Source: Bryobacterales bacterium (GTDB lineage: Bacteria > Acidobacteriota > Terriglobia > Bryobacterales > Bryobacteraceae). From it: a stretch of 53,310 bases of DNA. Below the pieces are notes generated by a model. It ran no database searches. It worked only from the letters and a program-made list of their open reading frames with translations, and was not told where the DNA came from. The stretch spans positions 1-53,310 of the forward strand of contig JAOAPQ010000434.1 of the NCBI GenBank assembly GCA_025462965.1. The letters are read 5' to 3'. The position numbers and the translations under genes are program-made. How positions within the stretch are numbered: the stretch's first letter is position 1; every line of letters starts with the position of its first letter. Below, piece after piece: positions 1 through 8,883 of this stretch.

Positions 1-2285
1 CGATCAATGTGAATAACGTGGGCTCGGGCTCGACCACGGGCGCCGTGACCATGACCGACACGGTTCCCACCGGACTCACCGCAACCGCGTTGAGCGGCAC
101 CGGTTGGACCTGCGCGCTCACCCCCACGGTGAACTGCACCCGTTCCGATGCTCTGGCCGCAAATGCAAGTTATCCGGCCATCACGCTGGCGGTTAGTGTC
201 GCCGGCAATGCGCCTGCGACCGTGACCAACACGGCCTCCGTAGCGGGCGGCGGCGAGACCAACACGGCGAACGATTCGGCTAGCGATCCCACAACGATCA
301 GCGCCGCCGGGGTTCCCGATCTCACCGTCACCAAAACCCATACCGGTAACTTCACGCGAGGCGGGACGGGCAGCTACGCCATTACTGTGAATAACGCGGG
401 TTCCGCTGCAACCACAGGCACGGTGACCATGACCGACACGCTTCCCACTGGGCTCACCGCGACTGCGTTGAGCGGCACGGGCTGGACCTGCGCGCTCACC
501 CCCACCGTGAACTGTACCCGCAGCAATGCGCTAGCCGCAAATACAAGTTATCCAGCCATCACACTGTCGGTAAGCATCGCCAACAATGCTCCTGCAACCG
601 TGACCAACACGGCCACCGTAGCGGGCGGCGGTGAGACCAACACCGCGAATGATAACGCGAGCGATCCCACCAATATTGGTACGTCGAGCGGTCCAGTGTC
701 CGACAATTTCGATTCTACCTCGCTCAATACAAGCCTCTGGACCTTCGTTAACCCGCTGCAGGACGGAACGGTAAGTCTTAACGGCACCAATGCGCTGCTC
801 TCCGTGCCGGCTGGCCAGAACCATGACGCGTGGACAGGGGGAAATACCACCCCCCGCATCATGCAGTCCATCGCCAACGTCGATTTTGAGGTGGAAATCA
901 AGTTTCGATCGGTCGTGAGTTCCCAGTACCAGGATCAAGGCCTGATCGTCGAACAGGATTCCCAAACCTATCTGCGGTTCGACATTCTCCAGGCGGACTG
1001 TCAGACAACTGTTTTCGCTGCCAGCTTTGCAGGCGGTAATCCAACCGTCCAGTTGAACAGCCGGATCCGGAACGGTCCCAATAACTACATGCGACTAAAA
1101 CGGTCCGGAAATACGTGGAACTTCAGCTATTCCTACGATGGACAGCGGTGGACGCCGGCGGTGACGTTCAATTACACCCTCAGCACGAATCTAATTGGAC
1201 CATACGTCGGAAACAACGGCCCAAATGGCAATCCTGCACCCGCATTCACGGCCAGCATCGATTATTTCGTCAACCGGGCAGCGCTGCCGTCTACTGAAGA
1301 CGGGCAACCATTTGTCACTTCCACTGCTCCTCCCGTGATCAGTATCTGGTATGGCGATAACCAGACATTTGGCCAACACGGTCAACCCCAACAATGGGTG
1401 AACATACTCGGGAACGCGTCGGATTCGAACGGCATCAAGACCCTTACCTATTCGCTGAACGGCGGGCCGGCACAAAACCTTTGGGTGGGCGAAAACCAGT
1501 TCCGATTGGTTGCGCCGGGTGACTTCAACGCCGAGATTGACTATGCCAGCCTCAACCCGAGCGCCAACACGGTCGTTTTCACGGCTGTGGACAATCTGAA
1601 CAATCAGACAACGCATATGGTGACGCTCAATTACGTAGCCGGGCAGACATGGCCTCTTCCATACACCATTACTTGGTCATCTGTTTCGAACATTCAGTCG
1701 GTCGCTCAGATTGCAGACGGAATGTGGCAAATCCAGATGGATGGTACGCTGCGCAATACCCAGACGGGCTATGACCGCCTGATCACGCTCGGGGATAGGA
1801 GCAGCTGGAAAGACTACGAAGTCACGCTCGAAGCAACGCTGAATGCGCTCGACTGTCATGATTTTGCCGCGCCGGCCATAGTAGTGGGATGGCAGGGTCA
1901 CACCACGCTCCAATACGGTGTGCCGTTGCCAGATCAACCGCGCACGGGCCATCCGTTCCCGGGCCTCGGATGGTACAGCATGGAAAATGCGCCTTTCGCC
2001 CGACTCAACATCTGGGAAAACACACCGACCACGCCTGAACACGTGATGATCCAGAATACCAGCGGTTTCACGCTGAGCCTCGGAGTCAAGTACATGTTTA
2101 AGTTCCGTGTCCAGCACAACTCGATCGGAGGCTCTCATTACAGCTATAAGGTTTGGCCTTCGGGGACGTCCGAACCCGCCACGTACAATCTGGAGGTCGA
2201 CGGCGAACTGAGCCAGGGTTCCATCGTGCTTGGCGCGCATCGAGCCGACGTGAGTTTCGGTCAAGTTACAGTAATAGGTCTATAA
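1..2285 (+). CDS. Secreted modular repeat protein, 5' end cut by the window edge. Contains DUF11-type repeats, a ConA/LamG-like jelly-roll module, an Ig-like region and a second jelly-roll-like C-terminal domain.
   Basis: ORF track 9..2285, and the frame stays open to base 3. The first residues (INVNNVGSGSTTGAVTMTDTVPTGLTA) are the middle of the ~126-aa repeat seen complete in 2996..7735, so the gene starts upstream of the window. Repeat hallmarks are GWTCALTPTVNCTR and TVTNTA.VAGGGETNTAND. The ConA-like module SDNFDSTSLNTSLWTFVNP...FTASIDYF lies at ~700-1290. Confidence 0.85.
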   Translation, partial: INVNNVGSGSTTGAVTMTDTVPTGLTATALSGTGWTCALTPTVNCTRSDALAANASYPAITLAVSVAGNAPATVTNTASVAGGGETNTANDSASDPTTISAAGVPDLTVTKTHTGNFTRGGTGSYAITVNNAGSAATTGTVTMTDTLPTGLTATALSGTGWTCALTPTVNCTRSNALAANTSYPAITLSVSIANNAPATVTNTATVAGGGETNTANDNASDPTNIGTSSGPVSDNFDSTSLNTSLWTFVNPLQDGTVSLNGTNALLSVPAGQNHDAWTGGNTTPRIMQSIANVDFEVEIKFRSVVSSQYQDQGLIVEQDSQTYLRFDILQADCQTTVFAASFAGGNPTVQLNSRIRNGPNNYMRLKRSGNTWNFSYSYDGQRWTPAVTFNYTLSTNLIGPYVGNNGPNGNPAPAFTASIDYFVNRAALPSTEDGQPFVTSTAPPVISIWYGDNQTFGQHGQPQQWVNILGNASDSNGIKTLTYSLNGGPAQNLWVGENQFRLVAPGDFNAEIDYASLNPSANTVVFTAVDNLNNQTTHMVTLNYVAGQTWPLPYTITWSSVSNIQSVAQIADGMWQIQMDGTLRNTQTGYDRLITLGDRSSWKDYEVTLEATLNALDCHDFAAPAIVVGWQGHTTLQYGVPLPDQPRTGHPFPGLGWYSMENAPFARLNIWENTPTTPEHVMIQNTSGFTLSLGVKYMFKFRVQHNSIGGSHYSYKVWPSGTSEPATYNLEVDGELSQGSIVLGAHRADVSFGQVTVIGL

Positions 2286-2287
2286 AT

Positions 2288-2899
2288 ATGCTAAAACTGC
2301 CTTTTCTCTTCGTTTCCCTCGTAATTTCGGCGATGATTGCTCAACAGACGAATTCAGAGAGTAGCCGTCAGGCGCGCGAGGAGTACAGCCGTTTACTCCG
2401 CGATCCGATGCGCGACGCGTGGCAACTGCCGGACAATGTCGTTGCCGCTCTCGGGATCAAATCGAACGAGGACATTGCCTCGATCGAATCGGGCGACGGC
2501 TATTTCGCGAGACGGTTCGCCCGAAGCGCCCACACAGTCTATGTCATCGACGCGATCGCACCTCTGCTTCAGGCCTCCAAAAAAGAGGCCCCATCCAATG
2601 AGTTGGACGTGGAGGCCGGTGATGAAGATCACCGACTGCCTCCGAGCCAAGTAGACACGATCTTCTTGTACAACGTTTTGCCTTTAGTAGCAAATCGCCC
2701 ATTCTACTACTTGATGGTGCTTGCGTCCTTGAAGCCTCACGGCCGCGTAGTTATCATCGACTACCGCAAGCCGCCTCCTTCGTCCGTAGTTCCACTTACG
2801 GAGTCCCTTGTTACGGCCGAGATGCAACTAGCTGGTTTTAAGCTTGTAAACAGCTTCACCTTTCTTCCTGCACAGTTCTTTCTCGTCTTTTCACTGTGA
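2288..2899 (+). CDS. Class I SAM-dependent methyltransferase-like protein with an N-terminal hydrophobic signal/anchor
   Basis: ORF track gives 2153..2899. I place the start at ATG 2288 (MLKLPFLFVSLVISAMIAQQ), 2 nt after the upstream TAA. The earlier part of the ORF overlaps the upstream gene and is Arg-rich. The MTase-like core is IASIESGDGYFARRF...VYVIDA...VDTIFLYNVL...LKPHGRVVIIDY. Motif I is degenerate (ESGDG instead of GxGxG). Confidence 0.7.
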   Translation: MLKLPFLFVSLVISAMIAQQTNSESSRQAREEYSRLLRDPMRDAWQLPDNVVAALGIKSNEDIASIESGDGYFARRFARSAHTVYVIDAIAPLLQASKKEAPSNELDVEAGDEDHRLPPSQVDTIFLYNVLPLVANRPFYYLMVLASLKPHGRVVIIDYRKPPPSSVVPLTESLVTAEMQLAGFKLVNSFTFLPAQFFLVFSL

Positions 2900-2995
2900 T
2901 GATCATTGAGCGGTAGGCGTAAAAGGCGGAGATTCGTCACTTAACAACGTATTTGGCTTGAGCCTCGGAAGGCCCCTGTCTGCCCGGAGGAGACT

Positions 2996-5900
2996 ATGAA
3001 ACAGATTTTTTGTGTAAGTATCTTCGTTTGCCTCATTGGCCAGAAGGCTCATGGCGCTAACCCTATCCAGACGGAAAACGCGAACCCAGGAACCACCGCC
3101 TGGCAGTTGTCGAATCCGGCGCTGAATCGAGAGATTGAGGGCTATGCCTCGCTCACAAGCGTACCTGTCGGCGGACAGATCAGATTTTTCGTTAGTACTT
3201 CGGCTCCGACCTACACACTGGAAGTCTTTCGAATGGGTTGGTACGGTGGTTCCGGTGGACGGCAGATGATAAACGCCGTCACTCTGACGGGAGTCAATCA
3301 AACTATTCCATCTGCTGATCCAACAACGGGGTTGATCGAATGCAACTGGGTGAATCCCTACGTTCTAACGATTCCCAACTCGTGGATCAGCGGCATTTAC
3401 CTGACTAAGTTGACTGCCTCGGGATCTAATAAACAAAGCTACAGTCTTTTTGTTGTGCGGGAGGATGGCCGCCCTTCCACTTACCTCTACCAACAGAGCG
3501 CCAGCACATTTGAGGCTTACAATAACTGGCCGGGTCCCAGCGTAGGCGGCAAGTCCCTTTACTCATTTAACAGTCCCTCGGGCGAAGCGCGCAAAGTCTC
3601 GTTCAATCGGCCCTATTTCATAGACAGCAATTCAGTTTATGCGAATCAGGTCGGCTCCATGTTCTTCCTCCGATGGGAATACAATATGGTCCGGTGGCTG
3701 GAAATGCAGGGGTATGATGTCACGTACTGTGACAATATCGCCGTCCACGAAAATGCCAACCTCATTACGACCCATAAGGCTTTTCTATCGGTAGGACATG
3801 ACGAGTATTGGTCCTGGCAAATGAGAGCGAACGTGGAGGCGGCACGTGACCAAGGTGTTGGGCTTGGTTTCTTTTCCTCCAATACCTGCTATTGGCAGAT
3901 CCGCCTGGAATCCAGCCCTATCAACGGCGTTGCGGACCGCACTATCGTTGGCTATAAGGATCATGCGTCGGCGGAAGATCCCATGAGCAGTACCTGCTAC
4001 GTGACCAGCAGGTGGCGGGAGAACCCGTGCAAGCCTTCTGAAGAGGTGCTGCTGGGCGTAGAGTACATCGAAGACGGAGTCGGGTGCCCGCTTACCTCAC
4101 AGTGTCTGGACGTCGTGATCGCGGACGCTTCCAGCTGGGCTCTGGCAGGTTCGGGCCTTTCCAACGGCTCCCATCTCGTGGGTTTGGGGGGCTACGAAGT
4201 GGACGGCATGCTGGCCGGCAACTCACCCGCGGGGACGGCGGTGATTGGACACTCACCTATTCCAGTCAATAATGCCGACGCGAGTCATTATCCGTTCATG
4301 GACATGACGTCGTATACGGCTTCGAGCGGGGCGACCGTCTTTGCTACTGGCACGATGCAATGGCCCTGGGGACTTGACGACTTCAATGCTCCAAGCGAAC
4401 GCCCGGTGGTATCCAGTGCAGCCGCTCAAAAGATCACTCAGAACGTGCTCGCCCGTCTTGCCTCTGTGAGTTCTGGGCCACCCCCCGGCGGCCCGGTCGC
4501 CGACGAATTCAACAGTACGACGCTGAACACGTCTTTGTGGACATTCACCAATCCCGCAGGTGGCACCTTTTCGCTCAATGGCACGAACCTGCTGTTATCT
4601 ATGCCGGGCGGGGCTATTCACGATCCGACAGCAACGGGCACCGACAATGCCGTCCGAATGATGCAGGCGATCGGCAACGTGGACTTCGATGTGATTGTCA
4701 AATTCGATTCGATCCCCACGGCCCAGTACTCCAATGAAGGAATCATCGTAGAGCAGGATGGCAGTAACTTCGTGCGGTTCGAACTGTATTCGGATGGCAG
4801 CCATACGTACCTATACGGAGCTGCCATCATTGCTGGCAGTCAGACGCCACAGATCAATTCGCAGGTTGCGGCGGGGACGTCATCCTTCTGGTTGCGTGTC
4901 AAGCGAACAGGCAATAGCTGGACCGAAAGCTGGTCGACGGATGGAAGCAACTATACATCGACCGTCCCGTTTACTGCGACCCTGACTGTCGCGCGAATTG
5001 GTCCGTTTGGCGCCAACTGGGCGAGCCCGGCCAGCAACGCGCCCGCATTCACCGCGTCAATAGACTACTTCCGCAACGCCAGTTCGAGTCTCGTGCCTGA
5101 TCTGACGCTGACCAAGACCCACAGCGGCAACTTCATCCAGAGCGGAACGGGCAGCTACACGATTACTGTGAAAAACGTAGGTTCGGCCTCAACCACGGGC
5201 GCAGTGACCATGACCGACACGGTCCCCACCGGGCTCACCGCGACAGCGTTGAGCGGCACCGGCTGGACCTGCGCCCTTACCCCCACTGTAAACTGCACGC
5301 GCAGCGACCCCCTGGCCGCAAGCATCAGCTATCCGGCGATCACACTCGCGGTCAGCGTCGCCAGTAATGCGCCTGCGACCGTGACCAACACTGCCACCGT
5401 AGCCGGCGGCGGCGAGACCAACACCGCGAACGATACGGCGAGCGATGCCACAACGATCAGCGCCGCCGGGGTGCCCGACCTTACCGTCACCAAGACCCAT
5501 ACCGGTAACTTCACGCAAGGCGGCACGGGCAGCTACACGATCACAGTGAATAATGTTGGCTCGTCTGCAACCACAGGCACCGTGACCATGACCGACACGG
5601 TCCCCACCGGCCTGACCGCAACCGCGTTGAGCGGCACGGGCTGGACCTGTGCGCTCACACCGAGCGTGAACTGCACCCGCAGCAATACGCTAGCGGGAGG
5701 CACAAGCTATCCGGCCATCACACTGACGGTGAGCGTGGCCAGCAATGCGCCTGCGACCGTGACCAACACGGCCACCGTGGCGGGCGGCGGCGAGACCAAT
5801 ACCGCGAATGATACGGCGAGCGATCCTACAACGATCAGCGTCCCCGGGGTGCCGGATCTAACGGTCACCAAGAGCCACGCCGGCAACTTCACACAAGGCG

Positions 5901-7735
5901 GGACGGGCAGCTACACCATCACCGTCAATAATGTGGGCTCGGCTCCAACCACAGGCACCGTGACCATGACCGACACGGTCCCAACCGGGCTAACCGCAAC
6001 AGCGTTGAGCGGCACAGGCTGGACTTGCGCCCTCACTCCTACCGTGAACTGCACTCGAAGCGACGCGCTAGCCTCAAACGCGAGTTATCCGGTCATCACG
6101 TTTGGGGTGAGCGTCGCCAACAATGCGCCTGCGACTGTGACCAACACTGCTTCCGTGGCGGGCGGCGGGGAGACCAACACCTCGAACGATACCGCCACCG
6201 ACTCCACCACCGTTGCTGTCGGGAGCTCAGGCGGGCCCTTATCGGACGAATTCAACAGTACGACGCTCAACACGTCTTTGTGGACATTCACCAATCCCGC
6301 AGGGGGCAGCTTCTCGCTCAATGGCACGAACCTGCTGTTATCTATGCCGGGCGGGGCGATTCACGATCCGACAGCAACGGGCACCGACAACGCCGTCCGG
6401 ATGATGCAGGCGATCGGCAATGTGGACTTCGATGTGATTGTCAAATTCGATTCGATCCCCAGTGCCCAGTACTCCAATGAAGGAATCATCGTCGAGCAGG
6501 ATGGCAGTAACTTCCTGCGCTTCGAACTGTATTCGGATGGCAGCCACACGTACCTGTACGGAGCTGCCATTACGGGTGGCAGCCAGACGCAACAGATCAA
6601 TTCACAGGTTGCGGCCGGGGCGTCGTCATTCTGGTTGCGTGTCAAGCGCACGGGCAATAGCTGGACCGAAAGCTGGTCGACGGATGGAAGCAACTATACA
6701 TCGGCCGTCCCGTTTACTGCGGCCCTGACCGCCGCGCGCATCGGTCCATTTGGCGCCAATTGGGCGAACCCGGCCAGCAACGCGCCCGCATTCACCGCGT
6801 CGATAGACTACTTCCGCAACGCCGGTTCGACGTCAGGGACGCCGCCGGTTATCAGCAATGTGAGCTCGTCCCCGTCACAGAGCACGGCTACCATCACGTG
6901 GATAACCGATAAACAGGCCAGCAGTCGAGTGGATTACGGGACCTCGACGACCTATGGCGGCGTTACCAGTAACTCAAGCCTGGTGACAAGTCACAGCCTG
7001 AGCCTGTCGGGCCTGAGCTGCGGAACGCTATACAACTATAAGGTGACGTCCGCCGACTCCGGCGGCAACAGCGCCAGTTCGCCTAACGGGACATTTAACA
7101 CGGTTAGTTGCGGGGGAGCCGGCGTTCCACAATCCGACAACTTCGACTCGAGCTCGCTCAATACTTCGCTCTGGACGTTTGTCAACCCGGCAGGCGGCAG
7201 CTATTCACTCAGCGGCACGCATCTACTCCTATCGGTTCCTGCTGGTTCGATCCACGACCCGACAGCCACCGGAACAGACAATGCCGTGCGAATGATGCAA
7301 ACGATCGGCAACGTGGATTTCGACGTATTTGTCAAACTGGACTCGATTCCAGCAGCCCAGTACTCAAATGAAGGCATTCTTGTCGAACAGGACGGCAACA
7401 ACTTCCTGCGTTTCGAACTTTATTCGGATGGCGCTAGCACCTACCTATATGGGGCAGCCATCATTGCAGGCGCACAGACGACCCAGGTCAACACGCCGAT
7501 AGCGGCCGGTGCGGCGTCATTCTGGCTCCGGATTAAGCGCACGGGCAATAGCTGGACCGAGAGTTGGTCCACGGACGGAAACACTTATATCACGGGGGTG
7601 ACGTTCACGCAATCGTTGACGGCAGGGCGGATCGGTCCCTTTGTGGCGAACTTTGCCAATACTCCGAGCAGTTCGCCGGGCTTTACCGCCTCCATCGACT
7701 ACTTTTTCAACGCCGCGAATCCGCTGGCTCCTTAA
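2996..7735 (+). CDS. Giant secreted modular protein (1579 aa). Order of domains: signal peptide, N,N-dimethylformamidase large-subunit-like domain, ConA/LamG-like module, 3 DUF11-type repeats, ConA-like module, FN3, ConA-like module.
   Basis: ATG 2996 is preceded by GGAGGAG (2984-2990). The N-terminus MKQIFCVSIFVCLIGQKAHG is signal-like. The N-domain motifs ENANPGTTAWQL, IEGYAS, FRMGWYGG, GHDEYWS and CYWQIRLE fit the DMFase beta-subunit-like family as I recall it. Repeats start at 5093, 5471 and 5849 (378-nt period). FN3 (ATITWITDKQASSRVDYG...YNYKVTSADSGGN) lies at ~6841-7105. Confidence 0.9.
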   Translation: MKQIFCVSIFVCLIGQKAHGANPIQTENANPGTTAWQLSNPALNREIEGYASLTSVPVGGQIRFFVSTSAPTYTLEVFRMGWYGGSGGRQMINAVTLTGVNQTIPSADPTTGLIECNWVNPYVLTIPNSWISGIYLTKLTASGSNKQSYSLFVVREDGRPSTYLYQQSASTFEAYNNWPGPSVGGKSLYSFNSPSGEARKVSFNRPYFIDSNSVYANQVGSMFFLRWEYNMVRWLEMQGYDVTYCDNIAVHENANLITTHKAFLSVGHDEYWSWQMRANVEAARDQGVGLGFFSSNTCYWQIRLESSPINGVADRTIVGYKDHASAEDPMSSTCYVTSRWRENPCKPSEEVLLGVEYIEDGVGCPLTSQCLDVVIADASSWALAGSGLSNGSHLVGLGGYEVDGMLAGNSPAGTAVIGHSPIPVNNADASHYPFMDMTSYTASSGATVFATGTMQWPWGLDDFNAPSERPVVSSAAAQKITQNVLARLASVSSGPPPGGPVADEFNSTTLNTSLWTFTNPAGGTFSLNGTNLLLSMPGGAIHDPTATGTDNAVRMMQAIGNVDFDVIVKFDSIPTAQYSNEGIIVEQDGSNFVRFELYSDGSHTYLYGAAIIAGSQTPQINSQVAAGTSSFWLRVKRTGNSWTESWSTDGSNYTSTVPFTATLTVARIGPFGANWASPASNAPAFTASIDYFRNASSSLVPDLTLTKTHSGNFIQSGTGSYTITVKNVGSASTTGAVTMTDTVPTGLTATALSGTGWTCALTPTVNCTRSDPLAASISYPAITLAVSVASNAPATVTNTATVAGGGETNTANDTASDATTISAAGVPDLTVTKTHTGNFTQGGTGSYTITVNNVGSSATTGTVTMTDTVPTGLTATALSGTGWTCALTPSVNCTRSNTLAGGTSYPAITLTVSVASNAPATVTNTATVAGGGETNTANDTASDPTTISVPGVPDLTVTKSHAGNFTQGGTGSYTITVNNVGSAPTTGTVTMTDTVPTGLTATALSGTGWTCALTPTVNCTRSDALASNASYPVITFGVSVANNAPATVTNTASVAGGGETNTSNDTATDSTTVAVGSSGGPLSDEFNSTTLNTSLWTFTNPAGGSFSLNGTNLLLSMPGGAIHDPTATGTDNAVRMMQAIGNVDFDVIVKFDSIPSAQYSNEGIIVEQDGSNFLRFELYSDGSHTYLYGAAITGGSQTQQINSQVAAGASSFWLRVKRTGNSWTESWSTDGSNYTSAVPFTAALTAARIGPFGANWANPASNAPAFTASIDYFRNAGSTSGTPPVISNVSSSPSQSTATITWITDKQASSRVDYGTSTTYGGVTSNSSLVTSHSLSLSGLSCGTLYNYKVTSADSGGNSASSPNGTFNTVSCGGAGVPQSDNFDSSSLNTSLWTFVNPAGGSYSLSGTHLLLSVPAGSIHDPTATGTDNAVRMMQTIGNVDFDVFVKLDSIPAAQYSNEGILVEQDGNNFLRFELYSDGASTYLYGAAIIAGAQTTQVNTPIAAGAASFWLRIKRTGNSWTESWSTDGNTYITGVTFTQSLTAGRIGPFVANFANTPSSSPGFTASIDYFFNAANPLAP
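4502..5080 (+). repeat. ConA-like module cassette, copy A of a ~580-bp near-identical intragenic duplication (partner 6245-6823)
   Basis: The two copies align base-for-base at a 1743-nt offset. Identity is roughly 90-95% by eye, with identical runs of tens of nt. Confidence 0.85.
5093..6226 (+). repeat. Three tandem 378-bp coding repeats (DUF11-type, 126 aa each) inside 2996..7735
   Basis: The units begin at 5093, 5471 and 5849, each with VPDLT(L/V)TK(T/S)H. They show high nucleotide identity by eye. Confidence 0.9.
6245..6823 (+). repeat. ConA-like module cassette, copy B of the intragenic duplication (partner 4502-5080)
   Basis: Same evidence as for copy A. Confidence 0.85.
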
Positions 7736-7774
7736 TTGACGACCTTCGATAATGAGCCGGCCCGAGAGGGACAA

Positions 7775-8668
7775 ATGAGACCAGAAGCAGCAATAGAAAC
7801 TTTGATAAATCCATTCAAGCCCGTCGTGAGAGTGCTTGTACCACTCGAAATGCGATGGTACTTCCAACATCAGTTGGCCAAACAGAGATTTCACGACTAC
7901 ATTCGGAAGAAGGTTGGCCCACAGTGGTTTCGAGATTGCGAACCCGGTCCGGCCATGACCAGGCAGATCCGCCTCATGACAAAGACGCTTGATGAGCACG
8001 CCCTCGAAGCCCCGTACGCAGACAACAAGTTCTTTTACGAAGCGTACCACCAGATGCATCATCTTCTGCGTTTCCTGGAGCCGTGGTCGTTCAACCTGAG
8101 AACGATGGGGTCCGTTCTGGAATTCGGGTGCGGCTCCGCAAGGTTGTTGCGCCTTCTGCGGTGCATCGAGGAGGTGCGTCTGGTCGGTACCGACGCGAAC
8201 CCGACGTGCGTTGAGTGGTGTCAGAGCAACGTGCCCGGGCCGGAATTCTACCAAAACGAGCTAACTCCCCCCCTTTCCTGGGCCCGCGACAACGAGTTCG
8301 ATTTGATATTCGCTTCGTCCGTGTTCACACACATTCCGCTCGACCTCCAGACCAATTGGTTGAAAGAGCTATACCGGATCTCTCGGCCCGGCGCGATATT
8401 CATCTGCACCGTGCATGGCAAGCTTTTCCACGAAATCCAACTGGGCCCGCACGCCCGGGAGCAGATGCGGAAAGTTCGCGACTTCACCCTGACCGCAAAG
8501 GATCCGAATGCCTCCCTCTCGACCCGGGCAATCGGATCATGGGACGTGCACCAAACACGTGAGCGGATGATAGAGATCTTTGGATCCGTTTTTCAGTTGT
8601 TAGACTTCATACCCGATGTCGAGTCCCCCAACGGCCAGGACGTCCTAATCTTAAAAAGACCCCGGTAA
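7775..8668 (+). CDS. Class I SAM-dependent methyltransferase
   Basis: ORF track gives 7736..8668, with a TTG directly after the upstream TAA. I prefer ATG 7775, which is preceded by GAGAGGGA. Motif I is VLEFGCGSARLL, with downstream FDLIFASSVFTHIP and RPGAIFICTVHG. The start is uncertain (7736 or 7775). Confidence 0.8.
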   Translation: MRPEAAIETLINPFKPVVRVLVPLEMRWYFQHQLAKQRFHDYIRKKVGPQWFRDCEPGPAMTRQIRLMTKTLDEHALEAPYADNKFFYEAYHQMHHLLRFLEPWSFNLRTMGSVLEFGCGSARLLRLLRCIEEVRLVGTDANPTCVEWCQSNVPGPEFYQNELTPPLSWARDNEFDLIFASSVFTHIPLDLQTNWLKELYRISRPGAIFICTVHGKLFHEIQLGPHAREQMRKVRDFTLTAKDPNASLSTRAIGSWDVHQTRERMIEIFGSVFQLLDFIPDVESPNGQDVLILKRPR

Positions 8669-8883
8669 TCATCGGTCAAGGTTCCAGCGGGCTCGGCCAG
8701 TATATAGTTGCTTCCGTCCGCCATCGAGACCCCACACTCTGTGTTGCCCCGCACTAATGACAGCCCCTTATGACGTGAGGTCTTAATGCCATCTGGATAA
8801 AGTTCAATCGCGCGAAGTTGCCGTCGCCGTGCGCGGGCCCGCTGTCTTGGGGACGCGACTTCCGCGAACAAAGAGGTACTCAA

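Noticed and set aside
2153-2287. Upstream extension of the methyltransferase ORF (track start 2153)
   Set aside because: The extension overlaps the end of the preceding gene and is Arg-rich. ATG 2288 gives a clean signal-like N-terminus immediately after the upstream stop.
2909-2916. ops-like AGCGGTAG (7/8 of the core) in the leader of the 1579-aa gene. Similar 7/8 variants occur at 37487..37494, 1031..1038 and 25064..25071.
   Set aside because: A 7-mer or 7/8 match is expected several times by chance in 53 kb, and the 3' half does not match ops. It is not reported as an element, although the leader position is worth remembering if the 24217 site is validated.
5093-6226. Regularly spaced repeats that might superficially suggest a CRISPR-like array
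   Set aside because: The period is 378 bp, there are no short unique spacers, and the repeats are in-frame protein-coding DUF11-type units.
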